Assembly (NCBI GenBank): GCA_041752155.1
Contig: JBGSHR010000238.1
Location: 1-45,264, forward strand
Direction: 5' to 3'
DNA: 45,264 nt
From: Thiobacillaceae bacterium
Lineage (GTDB): Bacteria > Pseudomonadota > Gammaproteobacteria > Burkholderiales > Thiobacillaceae
The notes beneath the pieces were generated by a model that made no database searches, was not told the origin of the DNA, and saw only the letters and a program-made list of their open reading frames with translations. Positions 30,922-38,698 of this stretch are shown here, piece by piece; within the stretch, counting starts at the first letter, position 1; the number at the start of each line of letters is the position of its first letter. A program made the translations under genes and the position numbers.

Positions 30922-32073
30922 ATGTTCATGACCCCCAAGATTTTCCCCCGCCACGCCCTTGGCGCGGCCCTGCTGGTAGCCTTGTTGTCGGTCGCCAGCT
31001 TCGTGCCGGCAGCCCACGCCGCCTGGAACACCAATCTGATCGTCAACGCCGGGGCTGAAGACGCCGTCGGTGGCGACGGCACCTTTGCATCGAATTTGCC
31101 CGGCTGGAACGTGACCGGCGAGTTGACCGCGATCGACTATTCGCTCGGCTGCCCCGGTGGCTATCCTTGCCTGACCGATCCGGGCCCCTCCGATCCCGGC
31201 CTGAATCATTTCGGTAGCGGCTACGCGGCTTCCTCCAGGGGCACCCAGACCATCGACCTGAGTTTCGCCCAGGGCGGCATCAACGGCGCCGGGGCTTACT
31301 ATTCCTTGTCAGGTTGGCTGGGCGGTTATGCCAGCCAGACAGACAATGCCATTCTGTCCGTCAGTTTCCTGAATGCCTCCAATCAGGTCATCGGCGGTAG
31401 TGGCGTCGGGCCGGTATCGGCCGCCGAGCGGGGCAACGCGACCGCCATGCTTTACCGTGAGGCAACTGGCTGGATGCCGGCAGGCACGACGTCCGCCCAG
31501 GTGGAATTGCTCATGACCCGTACCGGCGGCACCTCCAACGATGGCTACGCGGACAACCTGGCCCTGAGCCTGGCTCCCGCCAACGTGGTGATGACCGCTC
31601 CCGGCCAGGCGGCTGTCGGCGCCAGCTTTGACGTGACCGTCGCCGTGATGTCGCCCTTCGCCAGCGGCTACAGCGGTGACGAGTTGCTCGCCTTCGGATT
31701 CGACCTCGGCTTCGACCCCGCCTTGGTGAGCCTTACCGGCGTCAGCGTCGCCGGCCCCTGGGACGATGACAGCGGATATTTCAGCGACGTGGCGGTGGCC
31801 GGGTCGGTGTTCGAGAGCATCGCCGACGCGGATCAGGGCACGGTCGATCTGGCGACCCTGACCTTCAAGGTGCTGGCCGAGGGCGATGTCCTCATCGACG
31901 TCCATTCGGATGCCGCCGGCAATCTCAACGAGGGCCTTACCTACGGGCTAGGTGACAACGTCGACCTTTACGGCCGCGCCAGCGTGGTTCTCAGCCCGGT
32001 ACCGGAGCCCGGTGAATGGCTGATGATGTCCGCCGGGTTGCTGCTTCTTGCACTGCGTCGTCGCCGGAACTGA
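30922..32073 (+). CDS. PEP-CTERM-anchored surface protein: signal peptide, jelly-roll/CBM-like domain, cohesin-like domain, PEP-CTERM sorting signal
   Basis: Signal peptide ALLVALLSVASFVPAAHA/A. The N-domain runs NLIVNAGAED..LPGW...NDGYADNLALSL. The cohesin-like stretch is GASFDVTVAV...LLAFGFDLGFDPALVSLTGVSV...LATLTFKVLAEGDV. The C-terminus is PVPEPGEWLMMSAGLLLLALRRRRN (31996-32070). Confidence 0.8.
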   Translation: MFMTPKIFPRHALGAALLVALLSVASFVPAAHAAWNTNLIVNAGAEDAVGGDGTFASNLPGWNVTGELTAIDYSLGCPGGYPCLTDPGPSDPGLNHFGSGYAASSRGTQTIDLSFAQGGINGAGAYYSLSGWLGGYASQTDNAILSVSFLNASNQVIGGSGVGPVSAAERGNATAMLYREATGWMPAGTTSAQVELLMTRTGGTSNDGYADNLALSLAPANVVMTAPGQAAVGASFDVTVAVMSPFASGYSGDELLAFGFDLGFDPALVSLTGVSVAGPWDDDSGYFSDVAVAGSVFESIADADQGTVDLATLTFKVLAEGDVLIDVHSDAAGNLNEGLTYGLGDNVDLYGRASVVLSPVPEPGEWLMMSAGLLLLALRRRRN

Positions 32074-32100
32074 AACCGCGGTTCAACATGCTTCATCCCA

Positions 32101-32133
32101 GCCGCCCGCTCCGCGGGCGGCTTTATTTATTTC
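32101..32133 (+). terminator. Rho-independent terminator after the PEP-CTERM gene
   Basis: GCCGCCCGC-tcc-GCGGGCGGC perfect 9-bp stem followed by TTTATTTATTT. Confidence 0.8.
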
Positions 32134-32152
32134 TCGGGTGTTCCGCCTTCGC

Positions 32153-33352
32153 ATGATCGACCTCTTCCGCCGCCTTCTGCTTCTGCTGGTATGCCTGCCG
32201 ACCCTGGCTTTCGCCCACATCAGCGGCTTTACGGATACCTCCATCCAGATTTCGGCCACCGGCATCCGCATCCTCTATACCCTGCCTAGCGACAGCCTGC
32301 TGGAACTGGTAAAGCCGCCTGTGGACGATCCCCGCTCCGCCTCGCCGGAACACTACCTCGACGCGGTGCGGAGCGGCTGGTCGGTCATGTCTGGAGGGGA
32401 ACGCTGTCTGCTTACCCAGGCACAGGCCCGTTCGCTGGAAAACTTGCCGTCTTATCAATATCAATTCACTTATGTCTGCCCTCATGGGATGGATGAGCTG
32501 ATCCTCCGCTATGGCTTGTTCTTCAAGAAATGGCCCGACCACGAGAATTTCGTCCGGGTGTTCATGGCCGACCAGCGCCAGCGCATGCGCTTTACCGCGG
32601 AACACCAGGAGTTCGCGATACCTGTCGCCTCTCTGCTGGGCCAGTGGAACAAAGCCCTGGCCATGGGCTTCTTCGAGGCCGATCCCAACCGAGGCCTGAA
32701 GGATGCCCTGGAGGGGCGCGAGGGCAGCATACCCCGGGTCGTCGAGCCCACGCCCAGTCTGGGCAGCCTGGATCTGGCCCAGATCGATCCGGGTTTCATA
32801 CGGCTGGGGCTTGGCCACATCTTCATGGGCCTCGACCACGTGCTGTTCGTCGTCGGTCTGGTTCTGGTCACTTCCTCCTGGCGCCGCCTGCTGGCTCTGA
32901 TCACGGCTTTCACCGTGGCACATTCGGTCACGCTTGGCCTATCCACCCTGGGGCTCATCGACTTCGACCCCGTCATCGCCGAGCCGCTGATCGCCCTGAC
33001 CATTCTGTATATCGGCCTGGAGAATCTCTGGACGCTCTATCGAGCCAAGGCCGAGGCCAGCGTCGGTGTCACCGGGGCGATGCTGCGCCGCGCCGGCCTG
33101 GTGTTCGTGTTCGGTTTGATCCACGGCGTCGGTTTCAGTTACGTCCTGCGCGAGATGGGGTTGCGCGAGGATTTGCTGGGTTCCTTGCTGTATTTCAACC
33201 TGGGCGTGGAACTGGGGCAATTGGCCATCATCGCCCTGGTTCTACCCATTGTGCTGCTCTGGCGCCGTCTGGCCTGGGGTGTCAGGCTGACCGCCGGGGC
33301 ATCTTTGCTGGTGGCCTGCGCCGGGGCGCTCATGTTCATCAGCCGGATTTGA
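32153..33352 (+). CDS. HupE/UreJ_2-like membrane protein with ~220-aa N-terminal periplasmic domain
   Basis: Signal peptide LLLLLVCLPTLAFA/HISG. The C-terminal half carries GHIFMGLDHVLFVVGL, AFTVAHSVTLGLS, FGLIHGVGFS and NLGVELGQL. ATG 32153 is chosen because the ORF-track start at 32048 would run through the upstream terminator. Confidence 0.75.
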   Translation: MIDLFRRLLLLLVCLPTLAFAHISGFTDTSIQISATGIRILYTLPSDSLLELVKPPVDDPRSASPEHYLDAVRSGWSVMSGGERCLLTQAQARSLENLPSYQYQFTYVCPHGMDELILRYGLFFKKWPDHENFVRVFMADQRQRMRFTAEHQEFAIPVASLLGQWNKALAMGFFEADPNRGLKDALEGREGSIPRVVEPTPSLGSLDLAQIDPGFIRLGLGHIFMGLDHVLFVVGLVLVTSSWRRLLALITAFTVAHSVTLGLSTLGLIDFDPVIAEPLIALTILYIGLENLWTLYRAKAEASVGVTGAMLRRAGLVFVFGLIHGVGFSYVLREMGLREDLLGSLLYFNLGVELGQLAIIALVLPIVLLWRRLAWGVRLTAGASLLVACAGALMFISRI

Positions 33353-33382
33353 ACTTGGCATATCGGCTCGGAGGAATTAACG

Positions 33383-33889
33383 ATGTTCACGCAAAACATG
33401 TTCAACCTGTTCAGTACCTGGGTTCTGGTTTGGGCGGCACTGGCCGGCCCGGGGCAGGCTCTTGGGGATGCCCTCAAGCCGGGAACCCGCTATGTGCTCC
33501 AGGGCGACACGATTTACGATCGCAAGACTGACCTCACCTGGCAGCGCTGCACCTACGGCCAGCATTGGCGGGAGGTCGGGGAATGCCAGGGCGAGCCCCG
33601 GCGCCTGACTTTCGATGACGCCAACAAGTTGAAGCTCGGCGGCTGGCGCCTACCCACCCTTGACGAGCTCAATTCCATCGTCGTGCGTGGCCGCAAACCG
33701 AGTATCGATGCAACCCTGTTCCCGAATACGCCACCTCTGTATTACTGGGCCACTGACAACCGGGACAACTCGTTCGCCTGGTATGTGTTTTTCGAGAACG
33801 GCGTCGCCAACCACTACTTCCCGCCCCGCACCAACAAGGATTTGGCGCGGCTGGTGCGCAGCGGAAAATGGCCCCCAGGCAAGCCCTGA
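33383..33889 (+). CDS. Secreted DUF1566 (Lcl C-terminal domain) protein
   Basis: Signal peptide, then TDLTWQRC...GQHW...LTFDDA...GGWRLPTLDELNSI...YYWA, which is the DUF1566 signature. Confidence 0.75.
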   Translation: MFTQNMFNLFSTWVLVWAALAGPGQALGDALKPGTRYVLQGDTIYDRKTDLTWQRCTYGQHWREVGECQGEPRRLTFDDANKLKLGGWRLPTLDELNSIVVRGRKPSIDATLFPNTPPLYYWATDNRDNSFAWYVFFENGVANHYFPPRTNKDLARLVRSGKWPPGKP

Positions 33890-34386
33890 GCGCCGCTTCG
33901 CTCTGGCGCCACCTCGTCGTGGCCGGGGCCGAGTTGGTCTGCTTCGTGGCCAGCGCCGGCTCCAGCGAGCTTCTGGTCGGGGCCGGACGGTTCATCGCCG
34001 ATCACGATCAGGTTCATGACCGCCAAACGGGTCTCACCTGGCAACGTTGCAGTCTCGGCCAGCGCTGGGACGCTGAACTGGGCTGCGTCGGCGTGGCGCG
34101 GAAGATCGAGTTTGCCGAGGCCCGGCAACTGGAGTCGGCTGACTGGCGCTTGCCCACGCTGGCCGATCTGCGCACGCTCTACCGTCTCGACCTTCAGGAT
34201 CTTGCCGATCCCGCCGCATTCCCCGACGCCCCCACCACTTGGTATTGGGCACTGAGTCCCGGGGCGACCCAGGCGGTTTGGGGCGTGGCCTGCGATGGGG
34301 AGCGCCGGGACACCTGCTCCCGCGGCGGCGGCCGCGCCGTTCGCCTGGTTCGCCGTCGGCTAGATCCGGCGGGGAATATGAAATGA
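33868..34386 (+). CDS. DUF1566 (Lcl C-terminal domain) protein, tandem paralog
   Basis: TGLTWQRCSLGQRW...IEFAEA...ADWRLPTLADLRTL...WYWA. It overlaps the upstream paralog by 22 nt. The start is uncertain and the N-terminal hydrophobic segment is a weak signal peptide. Confidence 0.65.
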   Translation: MAPRQALSAASLWRHLVVAGAELVCFVASAGSSELLVGAGRFIADHDQVHDRQTGLTWQRCSLGQRWDAELGCVGVARKIEFAEARQLESADWRLPTLADLRTLYRLDLQDLADPAAFPDAPTTWYWALSPGATQAVWGVACDGERRDTCSRGGGRAVRLVRRRLDPAGNMK

Positions 34387-34681
34387 CTGGAATGAACTGA
34401 CCTTGATGCGCATGCCCCCGTATGGGGGGCGAGGACAAGCCCCTGCGGGTGGACTTGCACTGGTTGACGCCCGAAGAGAGACCCTCTACGACGATCTGCG
34501 CGACAACCGCATCCGCGCGGGGCCCAGCCGGTTTCGGATGGTCGCCGGGCGGGTTAACATACCCACAAAATGTAGAGGGTGACCGGTAGATAGAAAAACA
34601 CCGGCAAAGAATGAAATCTCACTTGGAAACGGGATGGTGCCCCAGTAACCCCTTCCAGTGCAGTCTGGGAGGATAGCCACT

Positions 34682-35662
34682 GTGAATAATTACCGACGGA
34701 GACTGCTAGCCGCCGGGCTCGGCTTGCCGTTCGCCGGCTTGGCCGCCTGCACCCGCCCCGCGCCGTTATTACGCGTGGCAGGCATTGTCTGGGTGGGCTA
34801 CGAACCTCTGTTCCTGGCGCGAGAGCTTGGCTATTACGAGGCCCAGTCTCTGCGGCTGGTGGAGATGCCCTCCAACACCGCCGGTCTCATGGCCCTGGCC
34901 ACAGGCGACGTGGAGGCCGCCACACTTACCCTGGATGAATTTCTCATTGCCCGCGAAGGCGGCTTGGACGTGCGTGCCATTCTGGTGTTCGACGATTCCG
35001 CCGGGGCCGATGTGGTCATGGGGCGTCCCGAGATCCATGAGCTCGCCGACTTGCGCGGCAGGCGCATCGGTGTGGAGAACACCGCCGCCGGCGCCCTGAT
35101 GCTGGCCAAACTTCTGGAAGCCGCCGCGCTTTCCCCCGCGGACATCATCAAGGTGCCCCTTACCGGCGGACGTCATATGGAAGCCTATCGGACGCATCGG
35201 GTGGATGCTTTGGTGAGCTTCGAGCCCTATGCCACGCAGCTTGCCTCCATGGGGGCTCGACGCCTCCTGGACAGCAGCCTTTTTCCGGGCTTGATTGTGG
35301 ATGTATTGGTGGCGCGGGCCGCCGCGCTGGATGCGCAGCCGGAGCAGTTCCAGCTGCTTACAGACGGGTATTTTCGTGCCTTGGATCACCTGCGGCAGGC
35401 GCCGCAAGATGCCGCTGCCCGCATGGCGCCGCGCATGGGCATCACCCCGGATGAAGTGCTTGTGGCTCTGAAGGGCGTGCGCATGCAGGACCGTGCCGCC
35501 AATCGGGCCTGGCTCGATGGCCCGGAAGCGCGGCTATTCCAGGCGACTCGCGCCGTGGCGCGCATCATGCTGCAGTCGGATTTGTTGCAGGCGATGCCCG
35601 ATCTTGAGCATCTGGCGGATCCTCGTTATTTGCCGTCCACTGAGAGCCGGGGCGCGGCATGA
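34682..35662 (+). CDS. Periplasmic solute-binding lipoprotein, NMT1/SsuA/TauA-like (nitrate/sulfonate/bicarbonate type)
   Basis: GTG 34682 lies 8 nt after a GGGAGGA SD. The N-terminus has the twin-Arg RRRLLAAG and the lipobox LAAC. The body fits a type-2 PBP (GYEPLFLARELGYY..., GRRIGVENTAAGALML). Confidence 0.75.
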   Translation: MNNYRRRLLAAGLGLPFAGLAACTRPAPLLRVAGIVWVGYEPLFLARELGYYEAQSLRLVEMPSNTAGLMALATGDVEAATLTLDEFLIAREGGLDVRAILVFDDSAGADVVMGRPEIHELADLRGRRIGVENTAAGALMLAKLLEAAALSPADIIKVPLTGGRHMEAYRTHRVDALVSFEPYATQLASMGARRLLDSSLFPGLIVDVLVARAAALDAQPEQFQLLTDGYFRALDHLRQAPQDAAARMAPRMGITPDEVLVALKGVRMQDRAANRAWLDGPEARLFQATRAVARIMLQSDLLQAMPDLEHLADPRYLPSTESRGAA

Positions 35663-38493
35663 TGGCATGGCGCTTCCCTCTCAAGTGGGCGCTGCCTCTG
35701 GGGCTGGCGCTGGTGTTGTTGGTGGTGAGCGGTATTTCACTTCTCAATACGCTGGAAAAACGCCAACAGTTGCTCACGGAACAGGCGCGCAGCGAACTGC
35801 TCGGTGATGCGGCCCATATGGCGCGTATGGCGGAACAGGGGTGGCAGACCAGCCGCAGCTTGGTGGAGGCCGATCTTGCCCAGGTGGCCTCGGACCCTCG
35901 GGTAACCGCGGTATTGGTGCTGGACGACACCGGGCATGTGATCGCTGCCCACCGCTATGCCTGGCGTGAACGGCAGGTGAGTGCCGTCATGCCGGCATTT
36001 GATGAAACATGGCGGCTCAAGGTCGTGGCAGGCCGTCTGCCTGAGTTTCGCGCATCCGCCGATGGATTGCGCATGGACGCCCTGCATCCCTTCGTGTTGC
36101 CCGCCGCCGCCTCGGAAGTGCGCAGCTCCCGCAAGGGCATGGTCTATATCGCTCTTGATCTGGCCAATGCCCGGCAGGAGGCGCGCTACTACGTTTTGTG
36201 GGCGCGCGCGCCAGAGTTGTTGGCCACGATATTGGTGCTCATCTTTGTGGCCTGGCTGCTGCACCGCTGGGTAGCGCAGCCCCTTGGCCGCCTCGGCCAA
36301 GCTGCCGACGCCCTGCGTCAGGGGCGGCTGGACGCCCGGGTGGCGGCGGAAGGTCCGGCTGAAATTGCCGCCCTCGCCCTCAGCTTCAACGCCATGGCCG
36401 GGGCCATGCAGCAGGCCCAGGCGGCGCTCGCGGCAAGCGAAGAACAGCTGGCGATCACCCTGCATTCCATCGGCGATGCCTTGATCGCCACAGATGGAAA
36501 AGGGCGGGTCACGCTGATGAACCCGGTGGCCGAAGAATTTACCGCCTGGACCTTGGCGGAGGCCCGGGGACGGCCTATCGCCGACGTGTTCGTGATCGAG
36601 AGCGCTCTTACCGGCGCGCCCGCGGAGATACCCGTGGACCGTGTCTTGCGCGAGGGCGTGGTGGTGGGTCTGGCCAACCATACGGTCCTGGTGGCGAGAG
36701 ACGGTATTCGCCGGGATATCGCCGACAGCGCGGCGCCCATCCGGGATGAGCAGGGCGTCGTGCAGGGCGTCGTGCTGGTATTCCACGATGTGACCGAGCA
36801 GTACAAGCTGCGCAAGGCCCTGGCCGACAGTGAACTGCACTTCCGCACCCTGGCCAATGCGGGACAGGCCCTGATCTGGACCGACGGTCCCGACAAGAAA
36901 TGCGATTACCTCAATGAACCCTGGTTGCGCTTTACCGGCCGTACCTTGGAACAGGAGATCGGCGAAGGTTGGATGGAGGGGGTGCATCCCGAAGACCTGG
37001 CCCACGGCCTGAGGGTCTACAACGCCGCCTTCGATAAGCGCGAATCTTTCAACATGGAATATCGCCTGCGCCATGTCAGCGGGGAGTTCCGCTGGATCGT
37101 GGAGCAGGGCGGTCCCCGTTACGACAGCGAAGGGCGGTTCCTCGGTTATGTCGGCCATGGCATGGACATCACGGAAGGCAAGCGCGCCGAGGCGGAAATC
37201 CAGCACCTGGCCTACCACGACCCCTTGACGGAACTACCTAACCGCGCCCTGTTCCTGGACCGCCTCTCTCAAGCCCTGGCCGCGGCACGGCGCGCCAAGC
37301 GCTACGGTGCCCTGCTGTTCGTGGACCTCGACCAATTCAAGCGTATCAACGACGTCTACGGCCACGCCCTGGGAGACGCGGTGCTGAAGGAAGTGGCGAC
37401 GCGTCTGCGCTTCTATCTACGCCAGGGGGATACGGTGGCGCGGCTAGGAGGAGATGAGTTCGTGATCCTGGTGCCGGAACTGTCGGCCGAGGCCGAAGCC
37501 GCCGCGACCCTGGCGCTTTCAGTGGCGGAAAAGATCCGTACCGCCCTGGAAAACCCCATCCATATCGACGGTCAGGACTACCGGGCCACGGCAAGCGTCG
37601 GCATCACCCTGTTTCCGAAAGATACGGAAAGCGTGGACGACCTCATGCGCGAGGCGGACATCGCCATGTACCGCGCCAAGGAAAGCGGACGCAATGCCCT
37701 GGCCTACTTCGAGCCGGGTATGCAGGAGGCGGTGACTCAGCGCTACGCCCTGGAGCAGGAATTGCGGGAGGCTGTGCTCCAGGAGGCGTTCGAGCTTTTC
37801 CTGCAATCCCAGGTGGACGTCACCGGGCGCATCATCGGCGCCGAAGCCCTGGTGCGCTGGCGCCACCCCGAGCGTGGCTTGATCTTGCCGGCCACCTTCA
37901 TCCCGGTGGCGGAAGAGTCCGGGCTCATCGTCGCCCTCGGCGATTGGGTGCTGCGTGAATCCTGTGGCCTGATCGCCCGCCTCGATGCGGCGGGACACAG
38001 CCTGCGCATCGCCGTCAATGTGAGCCCGCGCCAGTTTCGTCAGCCCAATTTCGTCGCCCGGGTGAAGGAAATTCTCAGCGCCACCAGTGCCGATCCCACC
38101 CGCCTCACCCTGGAGATCACCGAGAACCTGCTGGTTGAGCACGCCTCCGAAGGCGTGGCGCGCATGACCGAGCTGGCGGCCTTGGGTATCCGCTTCGCCA
38201 TCGATGATTTCGGTACCGGTTATTCCTCTCTGGCCTATCTGAAGCGCCTGCCGCTGTTCGAGCTCAAGATCGACAAGAGTTTCGTCCAGGACGTGCCTGG
38301 CGACCCCAACGATGCGGCCCTGGTTGAAACCATCCTTTCCATGGCGCGTCACCTGCATTTCGAAGTGGTGGCCGAGGGTGTGGAAACCCTGGCCCAACTG
38401 GATTTCCTGAAACAACACGGTTGTGAACGTTTCCAGGGTTATCACTTCCATCGTCCCCAACCTATGCAGATGTGGCTGGATCAACTGAGCTGA
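35659..38493 (+). CDS. Membrane sensor diguanylate cyclase/phosphodiesterase: TM, periplasmic domain, TM, HAMP, 2x PAS, GGDEF, EAL
   Basis: 944 aa. The I-site and active site read RQGDTVARLGGDEF. EAL motifs are EALVRW, NVSPRQ, EITE, DDFGTGYSSL, ELKIDKSF and EGVET. The start overlaps the SBP gene stop (ATGA). Confidence 0.92.
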   Translation: MMAWRFPLKWALPLGLALVLLVVSGISLLNTLEKRQQLLTEQARSELLGDAAHMARMAEQGWQTSRSLVEADLAQVASDPRVTAVLVLDDTGHVIAAHRYAWRERQVSAVMPAFDETWRLKVVAGRLPEFRASADGLRMDALHPFVLPAAASEVRSSRKGMVYIALDLANARQEARYYVLWARAPELLATILVLIFVAWLLHRWVAQPLGRLGQAADALRQGRLDARVAAEGPAEIAALALSFNAMAGAMQQAQAALAASEEQLAITLHSIGDALIATDGKGRVTLMNPVAEEFTAWTLAEARGRPIADVFVIESALTGAPAEIPVDRVLREGVVVGLANHTVLVARDGIRRDIADSAAPIRDEQGVVQGVVLVFHDVTEQYKLRKALADSELHFRTLANAGQALIWTDGPDKKCDYLNEPWLRFTGRTLEQEIGEGWMEGVHPEDLAHGLRVYNAAFDKRESFNMEYRLRHVSGEFRWIVEQGGPRYDSEGRFLGYVGHGMDITEGKRAEAEIQHLAYHDPLTELPNRALFLDRLSQALAAARRAKRYGALLFVDLDQFKRINDVYGHALGDAVLKEVATRLRFYLRQGDTVARLGGDEFVILVPELSAEAEAAATLALSVAEKIRTALENPIHIDGQDYRATASVGITLFPKDTESVDDLMREADIAMYRAKESGRNALAYFEPGMQEAVTQRYALEQELREAVLQEAFELFLQSQVDVTGRIIGAEALVRWRHPERGLILPATFIPVAEESGLIVALGDWVLRESCGLIARLDAAGHSLRIAVNVSPRQFRQPNFVARVKEILSATSADPTRLTLEITENLLVEHASEGVARMTELAALGIRFAIDDFGTGYSSLAYLKRLPLFELKIDKSFVQDVPGDPNDAALVETILSMARHLHFEVVAEGVETLAQLDFLKQHGCERFQGYHFHRPQPMQMWLDQLS

Positions 38494-38631
38494 CCCAACG
38501 CGGCCCTGGCGGCAATTTCCCGCCGGCAGATTTTGCCGCCCATGGCCGGTCTTGCCGCGAGGCGTCACGGTGCCTCGGTCATGAATCCTGTGGGGCTATT
38601 GCAATCAATGGGTTGGATCTGATTTATTAAC

Positions 38632-38647
38632 TGGCATGGCAGTTGCT
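38632..38647 (+). promoter_or_regulatory. Sigma-54 (-24/-12) promoter of the flgB operon
   Basis: TGGCAT-GGCAG-TTGCT matches TGGCAC-N5-TTGCW. It lies about 50 nt upstream of the flgB ATG. Confidence 0.75.
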
Positions 38648-38698
38648 AGTAGGGTTCAAGCGTTTCGCCGTCCCAGGCGAACGCATCGGAGCCCCAGC

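Noticed and set aside
32048-32152. 5' extension of the HupE-like ORF
   Set aside because: It would overlap the PEP-CTERM gene's 3' end and read through the strong terminator at 32101-32133. ATG 32153 gives a clean signal peptide.
34486-34680. 64-aa minus-strand ORF in the gap before the solute-binding-protein gene
   Set aside because: It has no SD and poor codon bias, and it would face into the SBP gene's ribosome-binding site.
27274-34681. Classical ssrA-integrated genomic island or prophage
   Set aside because: No integrase, excisionase or phage genes were seen. I could find no direct repeat of the tmRNA 3' end, and composition looks like the rest of the window. It is kept only as a low-interest 'old accessory block' finding.
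35737-37218. 493-aa ORF antisense to the PAS-GGDEF-EAL gene
   Set aside because: It is a shadow ORF. The + strand carries intact HAMP, PAS and GGDEF motifs over the same coordinates.
38556-38580. Hairpin CGAGGC-gtcacggt-GCCTCG after the GGDEF-EAL gene, considered as a terminator
   Set aside because: No T-run follows the stem, so a rho-independent terminator cannot be supported.
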